A stretch of 64,000 nt of DNA from Candidatus Multivoradales bacterium (GCA_965248925.1 CBDFLE010000006.1:1184001-1248000); one strand, 5' to 3'. Counted from the first letter of the stretch, positions 1 through 12,588 are shown. Notes: generated by a model from the sequence alone, not told the origin. A program made the numbers and translations.

Positions 1-115
1 TGGTTCGCCCAACTCGGCTTGCAAAAGCCAGCAATCCGACATTTTCCGGCGCCGCTTGTTTCGCACACCCGGCCGCGAGAAGTCGGCGATCAGACTCTCC
101 GAGGAGCTTCCTAAG

Positions 116-2548
116 ATGTCTCAGCGCGACCCAATACCAGCCCGTAGCGACCACCCCAAAGACCGGGCCAAGCAATCGACGGAGTTAGATCGCCGCAGCT
201 TCCTCAAATTCGTCGGCGCGGGAGCCACGGCGATGTTCGGGGCAGCCCACCTGGGCACTCTCGGCGGCTGCTCGACGGCAAATCCGAGAACCGCCGGCAC
301 GCCTTGGGTAGGCGCCGACGGCCAGCCCAAGTGGCTGCCCCCGGCTTATCCGACGCCCCTACCCGGCGACCCAGGCGGCGATGACGCCCGCCGCTTGGCG
401 CGCTATGTGGTGCGCGACGAGCTCTTATTGCCCGAGAGTTTCCGCTACGACGTCTTGGCCAGCTGGGGTGATGTCTTGGGTCCCGCCGACCAGCCGCAGC
501 AGCAGATCATCTTCGGCAGCAACAACGACTACACCGGCCTGGTGGCGATCCCCGACCGACCACGGGAGTTCTGGATGATCGTGAACCACGAGTACGTCTC
601 GCCGCGGCCCTGGCTCCAAGGCTATCGTCAGATTCGCGGTGGCGACTTACCACGGTTGTCAGTCCATGCTGATCCCAACCCGGCCTATGCTCGTTGGGGC
701 CGGCTGCGGATTGGCGACTGGCTGGCCGATGGCGCCTCGGTGCGCCTGGCATCCGGAGCCTCGCAAGTCGAGATCCCGCAACGAGTCAGGCAGCAGATAG
801 AGCAGATCAGCGAAGCTGGCCTGGCCGACATGGGGATCTCGATCTTGCACGTAAGAAGGCTCGCCGATGGCAGGTTCGAGGTGGTCCGCGACGCTCCCGA
901 CCACCGCCGCATTACCGGCAATGGCCGCTCCAACATCGATCTAGCCGACCCCTTCGGACTTACCGGCCCCGCCGCCGCGCTGCTCGATGGACCGCCACCA
1001 GGAACCATCTCCAACTGCTCCGGCGGCACCACCCCCTGGGGCACCTTCCTGACCTGTGAAGAGAATATCCAGTACTACGTCGACGCCGAAGTCACCGCCG
1101 ACGGCCAGCTTCTGCCAGAGCGGCGCATGACCTTCGCTGGCTATGGTGAGTCGAGCAAGGGTCTGCTGGTGACCGAAGTCGCCGAACCGGTCAGTCTCAA
1201 CGGCTTCGGCCATGGCTGCAAGGAACCCCTCGACGGCCGCCTCTATGGCTGGGTGTGCGAGATCGACCCCGCCACTGGGGGAATGAACAAGCACACCGCT
1301 CTGGGCCGGGTGCGGCACGAGAACGTCGCCCTGCGTTGCCAACCAGGCGAACGGCTGGCGGCCTACATGGGTGACGACCGCCGGGGCGGTCACATCTGGA
1401 AATTCGTCTCCGACCAGGTGGTGGTCGACCCCACCGACCCGGCCAACAGTCAGTTGCTCGAGCACGGCACCCTTTATGTGGCACGCTTCGAGGCCGACTA
1501 CTCCGGGCGCTGGATCGCCCTTGAAGCCACCACCCCCTTGGCCGTCCCGCAACCCGAGCAGTGCGCGACAGGATTCATGAAGCTACCCGCGCGCCCCGGC
1601 GGTGGCTACGTGACGGTGGGCGACACTGCCCGCGAACGCACCACCCTGGAGGTAGCCGATTGGCTGGAGACGATCGAGCAGTTCACCAGCAAGCCCTACG
1701 CCGCGTGCACTTTGGGCGACTTGGTCAAGCCACAGGCTAACCACAGCGAGGAAAGTTCGCGACTTGAGCAGGGCATTCTCCTCTTGGACGCTTTCGCCAT
1801 GGCCAACGCCATCGGCGGCACGCCAACCGCGCGACCGGAGGACCTTGAAGTTCACCCCAACGACTCTAGCGTTTTCATTGCCTTCACCGACGCCACCGAT
1901 GGCGGCGACGGTTCGCCTGATGGCCGCGTCTTCCCCGATTCAGCGGGCCAGAACTCGCGCCAGTACGGAGCAATTTTCCGCCTCGAAGAAGAGGGCTCAG
2001 ATCCGCTGGCCGAGCGCTTCGCCTGGGGCCGCTTCATCGCCTCGGGTGAGGTCGCCGAGCAAGGAGGCGGCTTCGCCAACGCTGACAACCTGGTCTTTGA
2101 CCGAGCCGGCAACCTGTGGATGGTGACCGACATCTCGACCACCGCGCTGAACATTCCCACCAGTCGCGAGGACGACGACCGCACCCTCCCTGGCGCCAAA
2201 CTCTTCCCTGGCGTATTCGGCAACAACGCCATGTTCATGCTGCCCACCGCCGGCCCGGCCACCGGTATGCCCCACTGTTTCGCCATCGGACCGATGGACT
2301 GCGAACTCTGCGGCCCGACCTTCACTGAAGACGGCGAGGCCCTGATCCTGTCGGTCCAACACCCCGGCGAACAAAAAGGCATCCGTACCGCCGACCGGGC
2401 CGACCAAGAACACCAACACACCATCCACGACCGCGCCGACCAACCCTTCAAGCAACAGCGCAGGGTGCCGATCGGCAGCAACTTCCCCAGTGGAAAAATT
2501 GGCCGGCCGGCACGCTCCTCGGTGGTCTGCATCACCCGCCGTGGGTAG
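116..2548 (+). CDS. phoX: PhoX-family (DUF839) alkaline phosphatase, Tat-exported
   Basis: Tat motif DRRSFLK, then NNDY, VNHEY, NCSGGTTPWGTFLTCEEN, ALGRVRHENV, YMGDD, RPED, DNL and SVQHPGE motifs typical of PhoX. ATG at 116 follows GAGGAG. Confidence 0.88.
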   Translation: MSQRDPIPARSDHPKDRAKQSTELDRRSFLKFVGAGATAMFGAAHLGTLGGCSTANPRTAGTPWVGADGQPKWLPPAYPTPLPGDPGGDDARRLARYVVRDELLLPESFRYDVLASWGDVLGPADQPQQQIIFGSNNDYTGLVAIPDRPREFWMIVNHEYVSPRPWLQGYRQIRGGDLPRLSVHADPNPAYARWGRLRIGDWLADGASVRLASGASQVEIPQRVRQQIEQISEAGLADMGISILHVRRLADGRFEVVRDAPDHRRITGNGRSNIDLADPFGLTGPAAALLDGPPPGTISNCSGGTTPWGTFLTCEENIQYYVDAEVTADGQLLPERRMTFAGYGESSKGLLVTEVAEPVSLNGFGHGCKEPLDGRLYGWVCEIDPATGGMNKHTALGRVRHENVALRCQPGERLAAYMGDDRRGGHIWKFVSDQVVVDPTDPANSQLLEHGTLYVARFEADYSGRWIALEATTPLAVPQPEQCATGFMKLPARPGGGYVTVGDTARERTTLEVADWLETIEQFTSKPYAACTLGDLVKPQANHSEESSRLEQGILLLDAFAMANAIGGTPTARPEDLEVHPNDSSVFIAFTDATDGGDGSPDGRVFPDSAGQNSRQYGAIFRLEEEGSDPLAERFAWGRFIASGEVAEQGGGFANADNLVFDRAGNLWMVTDISTTALNIPTSREDDDRTLPGAKLFPGVFGNNAMFMLPTAGPATGMPHCFAIGPMDCELCGPTFTEDGEALILSVQHPGEQKGIRTADRADQEHQHTIHDRADQPFKQQRRVPIGSNFPSGKIGRPARSSVVCITRRG

Positions 2549-2556
2549 TCCCGCGA

Positions 2557-2913
2557 TCAGTCAAACTCCTCCCCCGACCAGCGGTAGCGCCGCAAATCGA
2601 CCCGGCCACGGCTATCGAATTCCAACCCCTCGTCACGCAGCATCATCTCTTGCAGGGGTTCAGGGCCGGGCTCTGAGCGGGCCGAGACCTCGCCCCGAGC
2701 ATTGATCACCCGATGCCACGGCACCGACGGGTCTTTCAAAGCGTGCAAGGCATAGCCAACTTGCCGCGCGTGCCCCGGCAGTCCGGCCAGCGCCGCCACC
2801 TGGCCATAGGTCGCTACCTGGCCAGAGGGCACCTGCCGAACCACGGCATAGATCCGCTGCCAGCGGGAGACACGCTCGCCCTTGTCGCGGGCAGAAGAGC
2901 TGGGGCTGGTCAA
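2557..2913 (-). CDS. Alkyltransferase-like (ATL/YbaZ-type) DNA-binding protein, MGMT family
   Basis: VPSGQVATYGQVA and ARQVGYAL motifs. PWHRV replaces the catalytic PCHR, which is diagnostic of ATL. Start uncertain. Confidence 0.88.
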   Translation of the reverse strand: MTSPSSSARDKGERVSRWQRIYAVVRQVPSGQVATYGQVAALAGLPGHARQVGYALHALKDPSVPWHRVINARGEVSARSEPGPEPLQEMMLRDEGLEFDSRGRVDLRRYRWSGEEFD

Positions 2914-3028
2914 GACTTTCCTCCTTCAAGCTGGAAATATCGTCCGATTCTAGTCCGTGATCGCGGGGGGCTTCTCAGCTTCTCGGTGGCCTGCAACAAT
3001 CGGCTCTCCACCAACTCCCGAGGTGCCC

Positions 3029-3868
3029 TTGTCCAAAGTCTTCGCGATCAGCGATCTTCATATCGGCAATCGAGCCAACTACGAGGCTGTCGCCGAACTG
3101 CCAAGATTTGCGGACGACTGGCTGATCATCGCTGGAGATGTCGGCGAAACCCCCTCCCACCTGCGGCGTGCATTGGATCTGCTCGGCGAGCGCTTCGCCC
3201 GGCTGATCTGGGTTCCGGGTAACCACGATCTGTGGACTCTGCCACGGGATCCTAGCCAGAGCCGCGGTGAACAGCGCTATCTCGAGCTGGTGGAGATCTG
3301 CCGGCGGCGCGGCGTGCTGACGCCGGAAGACGAGTTTCCAGTGTGGCGCGGCGAGGACAGCCAAGAGGTGTTGATCGCTCCTCTCTTCGTACTCTACGAC
3401 TACAGCTTCCGACCCAACGATATCGCCGCCGACCGGGTCTTAGAATGGTCGATGGAACACGACATTCTGTGCGCCGACGAAGCCCTGCTGCACCCCGACC
3501 CCTACCCCAGCCGGCAGGCCTGGTGCGACGCCCGAGTGGCATTGAGCGAACAGCGACTGGCCAGTCAGCTGCGTGGCCGCCCGGTGGTGCTGGTCAACCA
3601 CTTCCCGCTGCGCCACGATTTGGTGCGGCTACGCTTAATCCCCCGCTTCTCGCCGTGGTGTGGAACCCGCCAGACCGAGGACTGGCACCGCCGATTCGGG
3701 GCTGTCTCCGTGGTCTACGGGCACCTGCATGTGCGCAGCTCACGACTGATTGACGGGGTGCGCTTCGATGAAGTCTCGTTGGGCTATCCCCGCGACTGGC
3801 GGCGCGAACGCGGGCTGGCCAGCTACCTACGGCAGATCCTGCCACTCTCAGTGGCAGAACTGCCGTGA
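3029..3868 (+). CDS. Calcineurin-like metallophosphoesterase
   Basis: SDLH, AGD, PGNHD, NHFP and YGHLH metal-binding motifs. Start (TTG 3029 or GTG 3023) inferred from upstream GAGG. Confidence 0.85.
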   Translation: MSKVFAISDLHIGNRANYEAVAELPRFADDWLIIAGDVGETPSHLRRALDLLGERFARLIWVPGNHDLWTLPRDPSQSRGEQRYLELVEICRRRGVLTPEDEFPVWRGEDSQEVLIAPLFVLYDYSFRPNDIAADRVLEWSMEHDILCADEALLHPDPYPSRQAWCDARVALSEQRLASQLRGRPVVLVNHFPLRHDLVRLRLIPRFSPWCGTRQTEDWHRRFGAVSVVYGHLHVRSSRLIDGVRFDEVSLGYPRDWRRERGLASYLRQILPLSVAELP

Positions 3869-4003
3869 ACCGCGATCTTCGCCGATTGACCACCGCCCCC
3901 CACAGCCCATGCCCTTTGCGGTACTCTGCCGCCGTCAAATGCTACGCCCCACCGGCCACCTCCTTCGGGGTGTGCCCCAAGCCAGCCAAGAGGAGTCCTG
4001 ACG

Positions 4004-5686
<1,683 letters not shown>

Positions 5687-5789
5687 GGGTTGGTCGGCCG
5701 CGCAGCTTTTGCTCTGGCCTGTTAGGCTGCCCTCGTCTGCCCCTCACTGCTTCGCGTAAGCAAAGCTGGCGATCTCGCCGCAAGGCGGT

Positions 5790-7934
5790 GTGCCGCCAAA
5801 GACCCTGGTGAACTCTAGCGCTGCACAAACCCCCACCTTGGACGCCCCGATGGGCGCCACGGTGGGCGCCAGGTTCGCCGAGCCTGGCGTCCGGTGGCGG
5901 CTGGCCTGGCAGCGAATTCCCGACCTGCTGTGCTGGCCATTCGCCGGCTGGACGATTCTCTGCCACCTGACCGTACTCACCGGTGGCGGCTTGCGGTCTC
6001 TGCTGTGGAACACCGCGGTAGTGGTCGTCGGTCTGGTTCTTCTCGGAGCCGTCAGAGCGCGGCAGGGACGCTCGCTGGGACTGGGTAAGCCGCTCTTGGA
6101 TTTGCCCTTCGAGCCGCCTGTAAATCGCTCCGCCAGCAGCTCCCGATCGCCCTGGTTGGGACGCAGCGCCCTTGCCGCTCTGGCCAGCGCCGCGATCGTC
6201 GCTCTAAGTCCTCTCTCCTGGCTGTGGTGTTGGTGGCTGGTGGTGCTTTTCCTCGCCTTGGCACTGGTGCGCGAGGAGCTTGGCGCCACCGAGCTTGCCA
6301 GCCAACCACCCAGCGCGAGGCATCCCACAGCGCGGCACGACGCCATCGTCTGGTTGCTGGTGGTACTCGCCATCGCCACCGCCTTGGGTCTGCAACGGCC
6401 CGACCTGGACGACACTTTCTATCTCAATCTGTCGGTCGCCGCCGCCCAGCAACCCGATCAACCGCTGCTGTGCTGCGACTCGCTGCACGGTGAGCCCGGG
6501 GTAGAGATCAACTTCCCTAGCCAGCGGCTGCGCACTCTCGAGCTGCTCGGCGGCGCCCTCGCCTGGCTGACCGGCGTGGCGCCGATCTACTGGAGCCATT
6601 TTCTTTTCCCGGTGATTGGCGCGCTGCTGCTGGTGACCGCCTACGGCCGACTCTTGCTGCGCCTGGTCGGTGATCGCTGGTTGGCTTGCCTGGTCACCGT
6701 GCTGGTCATCTTGGCGACTACCGGCGGGCCTTACGCCTGGTACGGCAACATGGCCTTCGTCCGCCTGCATCAGGGCAAGGCGATCTTCGCCACTGCCTTG
6801 GTGCCGCTGCTCCTGGTTTACGCCATTGAGCTCGCCCGCTGCCCATCGCGGCGGCGCTGGTGGAGTCTGGGGATGGCCAATGTCACCGCCATTGGCCTGA
6901 CCCCATCCGCATTGTGGATCGCGCCAGCGGTTTCGGCGCTGGCCTTGGTCGCCGCCGCTCCCCGCAGCCGGCGCGGCCTGGCGGGAATTGGTTGGGGTCT
7001 GCTGGCCACCGCCTATGCCTGGGGAGTGGCGCTAGTCCTTCGCCAGCAGATGCACCAAGTTCTCGACGCCAGTGTCGTCGGGGTGGACTCGATGGGCCTG
7101 CTGCAACGATCGGCGGACTACGTGCTGGGGCAGGGCGACATGCGCTCGATCGGCCTGGCAGCGGTGCTGTTCAGCGGCTGGTTGTGCCGGCCAGGGCCCT
7201 TGCGCCGCTTCTGCCTGAGCATCGCGCTCGGTTTCACCGTGGTGCTCTTCAACCCCTATCTGGCGCGCTGGTTGGCCGGCACCGGCACCAGTGCCTTCAC
7301 CTATTGGCGAGTCTTCTGGGTCTTGCCCCTGCCTTTGCTGCTAGCCCTCTGTTTGACCGCCCCCCTGGGCTGGTGGGGGGAAGGGTGGCCGGCGCGGAGA
7401 CGCTGGCAAACCAGCCTATGGATTGGCGCCGCGTTCTTGCTGTTGGTACCCCGGTGGACCTGGCAGCAGCAGCGCACTCGGTTCACCCTGCCCGGGCTGC
7501 GAGTGCCCCCGGTCTACGCTCTTGCCAAGGAGATGGCGGCGGTTAGCCCCCCTGGGAGCCATGTGCTGGCCCCTTTCGAAATCTCTGCTTGGCTACCGAC
7601 ATTTCTCGACCACCCCTACCCGTTGGTCACTCGCCCAAGCTATCTCTCGGCGGTTTTTGCAGCCAAGGAACGGCGCCAGCGGAACTGGCTCACGGCGCTG
7701 GTCACCAGGCCACCAGGCGACAACCGTCTACGGCTGCGATTGTTCGAGGAGGCCATCGAACACTATGACTTGCAAGCGATCGCAGTCCGCACCAACCTGC
7801 CCCACTTGAAGAGCCTTGAAGCCATCATGCGGCAGCGGGGGTTCGTGATTTTCAGCCGTTGGGAATCTACCGATCTGTGGCTGCCTCGTCTGCATGCGCA
7901 CGAGATTCGCGTCGCGCGCCAGCACGGCCGCTAG
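5790..7934 (+). CDS. Multi-pass membrane protein, DUF6077-like (possible GT-C glycosyltransferase)
   Basis: Many TM segments. DDTFY after an early TM, RLHQGKA and YWRVFWVLP motifs. Start uncertain. Confidence 0.6.
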   Translation: MPPKTLVNSSAAQTPTLDAPMGATVGARFAEPGVRWRLAWQRIPDLLCWPFAGWTILCHLTVLTGGGLRSLLWNTAVVVVGLVLLGAVRARQGRSLGLGKPLLDLPFEPPVNRSASSSRSPWLGRSALAALASAAIVALSPLSWLWCWWLVVLFLALALVREELGATELASQPPSARHPTARHDAIVWLLVVLAIATALGLQRPDLDDTFYLNLSVAAAQQPDQPLLCCDSLHGEPGVEINFPSQRLRTLELLGGALAWLTGVAPIYWSHFLFPVIGALLLVTAYGRLLLRLVGDRWLACLVTVLVILATTGGPYAWYGNMAFVRLHQGKAIFATALVPLLLVYAIELARCPSRRRWWSLGMANVTAIGLTPSALWIAPAVSALALVAAAPRSRRGLAGIGWGLLATAYAWGVALVLRQQMHQVLDASVVGVDSMGLLQRSADYVLGQGDMRSIGLAAVLFSGWLCRPGPLRRFCLSIALGFTVVLFNPYLARWLAGTGTSAFTYWRVFWVLPLPLLLALCLTAPLGWWGEGWPARRRWQTSLWIGAAFLLLVPRWTWQQQRTRFTLPGLRVPPVYALAKEMAAVSPPGSHVLAPFEISAWLPTFLDHPYPLVTRPSYLSAVFAAKERRQRNWLTALVTRPPGDNRLRLRLFEEAIEHYDLQAIAVRTNLPHLKSLEAIMRQRGFVIFSRWESTDLWLPRLHAHEIRVARQHGR

Positions 7935-7966
7935 CTGCCGGACTCGGCCACGCCGCGGACTCTCGA

Positions 7967-9127
7967 TCAGACCAGTTCGGAGATGTATTTCTCGCGCGCC
8001 AAACGCCAAACACTGACGAAGAACGCGGTCAGCGGAATCGCCAGCACCATTCCCAGAATGCCCGACAGCGCCGAGCCCCAAAAGAAGATAGCGATGATGA
8101 TCACCATCGGATGTAGACCGGTCTGTTCGCCCATGATCTTTGGCGTTAGCAAGTAGCCCTCGATCATCTGCACGATGGTGAAGACCACCATCACCCAAAG
8201 CACGGTCTTCAAACCGCCGCCTTCCTGGAATAGGGCCAAAGGCAACGCCACTCCGAGACCGACCAGGCTACCCAGATAAGGAATGATGTTGAGAAAGCCC
8301 AGCACCAAGCCGAGGATCAGGCCCCAGCGCAAGCCGACAATGCTGAAGCCGATGGCAAAAAGTACTCCCTGAACGAGCGCGATCAGCAGCTGGCCGCGAA
8401 AAAAGGCGACCACGATCTCGACAAACTCATGCACCAGATAATGCACATCCCGACGGGTCTCGGGCTTGAAGAAAGGCAGCGCCCAATCCGACCAGCCTTC
8501 GACCCGCCGCGGCTCGATCAACAGAAAGAAGGCGACGTAGACCGGCAGCACAACCCAGCCCACCAGCGCTCCCACCACCCCGCCTACCGCGCCGAACAGC
8601 CGAGCGAGAGCCGACAATCCCACATCTCCAATCTGCCGCAAGCCCCCCAACAAGCGGTCGGCACCATCCTTCACTGCCCCTTCGACCTCCAGCTTATGCT
8701 TCGACCACCACGCCTCGATGGTCGGTAGATGTTCCTCGACCAGCTCCGAGACATCCTCCTCGATACCGGCCCAGATGCCCGGCAGGCTGGCCGCTAGATC
8801 GGAAACTTGATCGACAATCCGATCACCGAGAAACCACATCAAGCCGGCGAGCGGTAGGAGCAGGGCGACAAAGAGCGCCAGCAGCGCCAGCGGCGGATGC
8901 CGCAAATAGCGCAAGATCCAGGAAAAATAGGGCTTCAAGATCAACGCCACTACTCCCGCCACGGCCAGGGGCAGGAAGACGTTCGAGAAACGGCCGAGGA
9001 AGTTCCCCACCCCCCACAGCAGCAGGGCCACGGCAGCGAGCAGAATAGTCGCCGCCAGCACGGTTGCCGCAGCGGCGATGGTGGTCTTTTGGCGTTTGCT
9101 AAGGTCGATCATGGCGCGGTGGACCAC
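7967..9127 (-). CDS. AI-2E family transporter
   Basis: FFRGQLLIA, LNIIPYLGS, IEGYLLTPKIMG, GLHPMVII and GILGMVLAIPL signature stretches. Confidence 0.9.
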   Translation of the reverse strand: MVHRAMIDLSKRQKTTIAAAATVLAATILLAAVALLLWGVGNFLGRFSNVFLPLAVAGVVALILKPYFSWILRYLRHPPLALLALFVALLLPLAGLMWFLGDRIVDQVSDLAASLPGIWAGIEEDVSELVEEHLPTIEAWWSKHKLEVEGAVKDGADRLLGGLRQIGDVGLSALARLFGAVGGVVGALVGWVVLPVYVAFFLLIEPRRVEGWSDWALPFFKPETRRDVHYLVHEFVEIVVAFFRGQLLIALVQGVLFAIGFSIVGLRWGLILGLVLGFLNIIPYLGSLVGLGVALPLALFQEGGGLKTVLWVMVVFTIVQMIEGYLLTPKIMGEQTGLHPMVIIIAIFFWGSALSGILGMVLAIPLTAFFVSVWRLAREKYISELV

Positions 9128-9344
9128 CTGTTCTTAGAATTCAGTAGCAAACCGTTCTCAGTACTAGCCGTAACTCCTTGGAGAGGACCGGCAGTGCTTC
9201 CGCGGAGACATCTTCACGGCGATGTCTTCATTACGGCCCTGGCATAGAATCTGTTCGGTCGATCAAATTCTAACATGCACCAGATCAAGAGCTGCCCATC
9301 GTCAACCCCTCGTCCAGCTCGATCTATTGAGGAACTCATAGCCC

Positions 9345-12221
9345 ATGAAGCAGCGCTTCTCATTTTTGATTCTCCTAGCCATCGCCATCTTGCTGATCGT
9401 CGGCTGCTCGGTAGCAGCAAACGCTCCCCGGACAACCCCGGCCGCCCCGGCACAGCTCGATCTCGATGCGCCCCTGCCCATCGACACTTCGCTGACCCGC
9501 GGCCGGCTGGCCAATGGCCTGACTTACTATTTGCGCGCTAGTGCCGAGCCCCGCGACCGGGCACAGATCTGGCTAGCGATCAAGGCCGGGTCAGCGTTAG
9601 AAGACGACGACCAGCGGGGCCTGGCGCACTTCCTTGAGCACCTAGCCTTCAACGGCACCGGCCGCTTCGCCAAGCAGGAGCTGGTGTCCTACCTCGAAGA
9701 TCTCGGCATGCGCTTCGGCCCAGACCTCAACGCCTACACGGCGATGGACGAGACCGTCTTCACCTTGACCTTGCCCACCGACCGCCCCGAGGTGCTGGAG
9801 ACGGCCTTCGACATCCTCGAAGATTGGGCTACGGCGATCACTTTCGATAGCGCGGAGATCGACAAAGAACGCGGCGTGGTGGTCGAAGAATGGCGCCTCG
9901 GCCGCGGCGCTGACGCCCGCCTGCGCGATCAACAGCTACCCCTGCTGCTGCACGGTTCGCGCTATGCCGAGCGGCTGCCGATCGGCCTTAAAGAGATCAT
10001 CGAGAACGCCCCAAAAGAGGCTATTGAGCGCTTCTATGCCGACTGGTACCGGCCCGATCTGATGGCGGTGATTGCGGTTGGCGACTTTGATGTTGAACGC
10101 ATCGAAGGGCTGTTGCGGCAACGCTTCGGCTCGATCAGGGGCCCGGCCGAGCCGCGCCCGCGACCCACTTTCTCGGTGCCCGAGCACCAGGAATCGCTGG
10201 TCTCCGTGCTGACCGACCCGGAACTCACCAGCACCAGCTTCAGCGTCTACTACAAGCATCCGCAAGCTGAACAGAACACCGCCCGAGCCTACCGTCAGTC
10301 GATCGTCGAGGGGATTTACCACAGCATGCTCAACGCCCGCTTGGCCGAGATAGGTCAGGGCGCAGACCCGCCGTTCCTTTTTGCCGGCTCCTCAGACAGC
10401 TCATTGGTGCGTACCGCCGACGCCTACGTGCAAAGTGCTGGGGTAGAAACCGGTGGCATCCTCGAAGGACTTGAGGCCTTACTTCTCGAAGCCCGCAGAG
10501 TGCGCCGCCACGGCTTTACCGCTGGCGAGCTGGAGCGCACCCGCAAGAACATTCTGCGCGGTTACGAACGCGCCTGGGAGGAGCGCGAGACCCGCAAGTC
10601 GAGATCCTTCGCTAGTGAGTACTTGCGCAACTTCCTGGTCGACGAATCGATCCCCGGCATCGCCCTAGAACTCGAGCTGGCGCAGCGCTTCTTGCCCGAG
10701 ATCTCGCTCGAGGAGATCAACGCGCTGGCCGGCCGCTGGATCAGCGAGCACAACCGGGTCATCCTGGTCAAAGCACCCGAGAAGGACGCCGCCAGCCTGC
10801 CCTCCGAAGCTCAGCTGCTGGCCACCTTTGACCGCGTCGCTGCCCTCGACGACCCACAGCCCTGGGTCGATCACGTGCTCGACGCACCGCTACTGGCCAG
10901 CGCACCCACGCCGGGAAAGGTGATCGCCGAAACCACCATCGAAGAACTCGGCCTCACCGAATGGCGGCTGGCCAATGGCGTCCGAGTAGTGCTCAAGCCC
11001 ACCGATTTCAAAAAAGACCAGGTGTTGCTAGCGGGCTGGAGTCCCGGCGGCCATTCCTTGGTCGAGGACTCGCGCCATGTTTCAGCGGTGTTTGCCGACT
11101 CTCTGGTCGGCGAAGGCGGGCTCGGCGAGTTTGGGCCGGTCGAGCTGCAGAAAGCCATGGCGGGCAAGGCGGTGGGGGTATCGGCCTTCATTAGCGAACT
11201 CGAAGAAGGGGTTCAGGGCGGCGCCTCGCCCCAAGATCTTGAGACCCTGATGCAGCTGGTTTATCTACACTTCACCGCCCCGCGCACCGACGACGACGCC
11301 TATGCCGCTTACCGCGCTCGGCTCGACACCTTCGTCGCCAACCGGCTAGCCAATCCAGCGGCGGTATTCCAGGACGAGATGCGCCGCGTACTCTCCAAAG
11401 GGCATCCGCGGCGGCGCCCTCTGAGCACCGAGATGCTGAGCGAACTCGACCTGCAAACTTCCCTTGAGATCTACCGTGAGCGCTTCGCCGACGCCGCCGA
11501 CTTTACCTTCGCCATCGTCGGCACTTTCGACCCCGCCACGATACGCCCGCTGGTCGAGACCTACCTCGGTGGCCTACCCTCCCAGGGGCGGCAAGAGAAC
11601 TGGCGAGATATCGGTGTAAAGCGCCCAGACGGCCGCGAAAAGATAGTCGTCGAACGCGGCCTAGAGCCTCAGAGCCAGGTGCGGATCAACTGGTTCGGCG
11701 ACGCCCCCTGGAGTCGCCAGGAGCATCACCTGCTGATCACCTTCAGCAGCGCCCTGGGCAATCGCTTGCGCGAGGTGCTGCGCGAAGATCTTGGCGGCAC
11801 TTACGGCGTCTCCGTCGGCGGTCAATTGAGCCGGCGACCTCGCTCGACCTACGGTTTTCAGATTGGTTTTGGCTGTTCTCCGGAAAACGTCGACGAACTC
11901 ACCGAGGCGGTTTTCGCCGAGATTCGCCGAGTCCGCGCCGAAGGTCTCGACCCGAAGTACCTGGAAAAAGCCAAAGAAGCCCAACGCCGCCGCCGCGAAA
12001 CCCAGCTGCGGGAAAACGGCTTTTGGCTAGCGGCCCTCAGAACCTACCTGACCTTCGACACCGACCCGCGGCTGCTGCTGCGCTACGACGAACTGGTCGA
12101 TGGCGTCACCAACCAAGACCTGCAGCAAGCCGCTGAGCGCTATCTGTCGCTCGATCACTACGTGCTGGGAGTCCTGCTGCCCGAGGCCAGCGCAGAAAAA
12201 AGCACCGAGCCTGCTTCTTGA
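9345..12221 (+). CDS. M16 family zinc metallopeptidase (PqqL-like lipoprotein)
   Basis: Lipobox LIVGC, inverted zinc motif HFLEH in GLAHFLEHLAFNGT, LNAYT, KERGVVVEEWR, second half LANGVRVVLKPT and LREDLGGTY. Confidence 0.93.
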   Translation: MKQRFSFLILLAIAILLIVGCSVAANAPRTTPAAPAQLDLDAPLPIDTSLTRGRLANGLTYYLRASAEPRDRAQIWLAIKAGSALEDDDQRGLAHFLEHLAFNGTGRFAKQELVSYLEDLGMRFGPDLNAYTAMDETVFTLTLPTDRPEVLETAFDILEDWATAITFDSAEIDKERGVVVEEWRLGRGADARLRDQQLPLLLHGSRYAERLPIGLKEIIENAPKEAIERFYADWYRPDLMAVIAVGDFDVERIEGLLRQRFGSIRGPAEPRPRPTFSVPEHQESLVSVLTDPELTSTSFSVYYKHPQAEQNTARAYRQSIVEGIYHSMLNARLAEIGQGADPPFLFAGSSDSSLVRTADAYVQSAGVETGGILEGLEALLLEARRVRRHGFTAGELERTRKNILRGYERAWEERETRKSRSFASEYLRNFLVDESIPGIALELELAQRFLPEISLEEINALAGRWISEHNRVILVKAPEKDAASLPSEAQLLATFDRVAALDDPQPWVDHVLDAPLLASAPTPGKVIAETTIEELGLTEWRLANGVRVVLKPTDFKKDQVLLAGWSPGGHSLVEDSRHVSAVFADSLVGEGGLGEFGPVELQKAMAGKAVGVSAFISELEEGVQGGASPQDLETLMQLVYLHFTAPRTDDDAYAAYRARLDTFVANRLANPAAVFQDEMRRVLSKGHPRRRPLSTEMLSELDLQTSLEIYRERFADAADFTFAIVGTFDPATIRPLVETYLGGLPSQGRQENWRDIGVKRPDGREKIVVERGLEPQSQVRINWFGDAPWSRQEHHLLITFSSALGNRLREVLREDLGGTYGVSVGGQLSRRPRSTYGFQIGFGCSPENVDELTEAVFAEIRRVRAEGLDPKYLEKAKEAQRRRRETQLRENGFWLAALRTYLTFDTDPRLLLRYDELVDGVTNQDLQQAAERYLSLDHYVLGVLLPEASAEKSTEPAS

Positions 12222-12261
12222 GCTACCGTTCGCTGGCTCCCTTGCCGTAACGTGGTCCAGC
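11567..12261 (+). repeat. Copy 1 of a ~695-bp direct repeat (3' end of M16 peptidase gene plus ~40 bp downstream)
   Basis: Aligns without net gaps to 22688-23382 (offset 11121) with scattered substitutions. Confidence 0.95.
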
Positions 12262-12273
12262 GTAGTAGATTGA

Positions 12274-12302
12274 GGCGTACGCTTTCTGACTGGGCGTACG
12301 CC
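12274..12302. promoter_or_regulatory. Putative antitoxin operator: two GCGTACGC palindromes
   Basis: GGCGTACGC at 12274 and GGCGTACGCC at 12293, directly upstream of the antitoxin RBS. Confidence 0.5.
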
Positions 12303-12321
12303 TGCGATCGAAGGGGAACTC

Positions 12322-12558
12322 ATGAAGCACCCCGTCAACGCCACTCAGCTACGCAAGGATGTTTATCGCATCCTCGATCAGGTGCTCGAAACCGGAGAGC
12401 CCTGCGAAGTGATCCGCCGAGGCCGCAGGTTACAGATTGTCTCCCTGGATCCACCGAGACGAAAGCTGGACAGCTTGCCGCGGCGCGAGATCCTGAACGG
12501 CAGCTTTGACGAGTTGGTGAACAATTCCTGGGCCGATGCTTGGGACAAGGCCCAGTGA
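12322..12558 (+). CDS. Phd/YefM-type antitoxin
   Basis: VNATQLRKDVYRILDQVLETGEPCEVIRRGRRL is the Phd-type N-terminus. Its stop overlaps a GTG start (GTGA) of a PIN toxin. Confidence 0.8.
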   Translation: MKHPVNATQLRKDVYRILDQVLETGEPCEVIRRGRRLQIVSLDPPRRKLDSLPRREILNGSFDELVNNSWADAWDKAQ

Positions 12559-12588
12559 AAGCCTTCCTCGACACCCACGCCGCTGCGG
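12555..12588 (+). pseudogene. VapC/PIN toxin remnant, only ~11 codons left
   Basis: GTG AAA GCC TTC CTC GAC ACC CAC GCC GCT = MKAFLDTHAA (PIN first motif hhLDTH), cut by the 23-nt repeat at 12589. Confidence 0.7.
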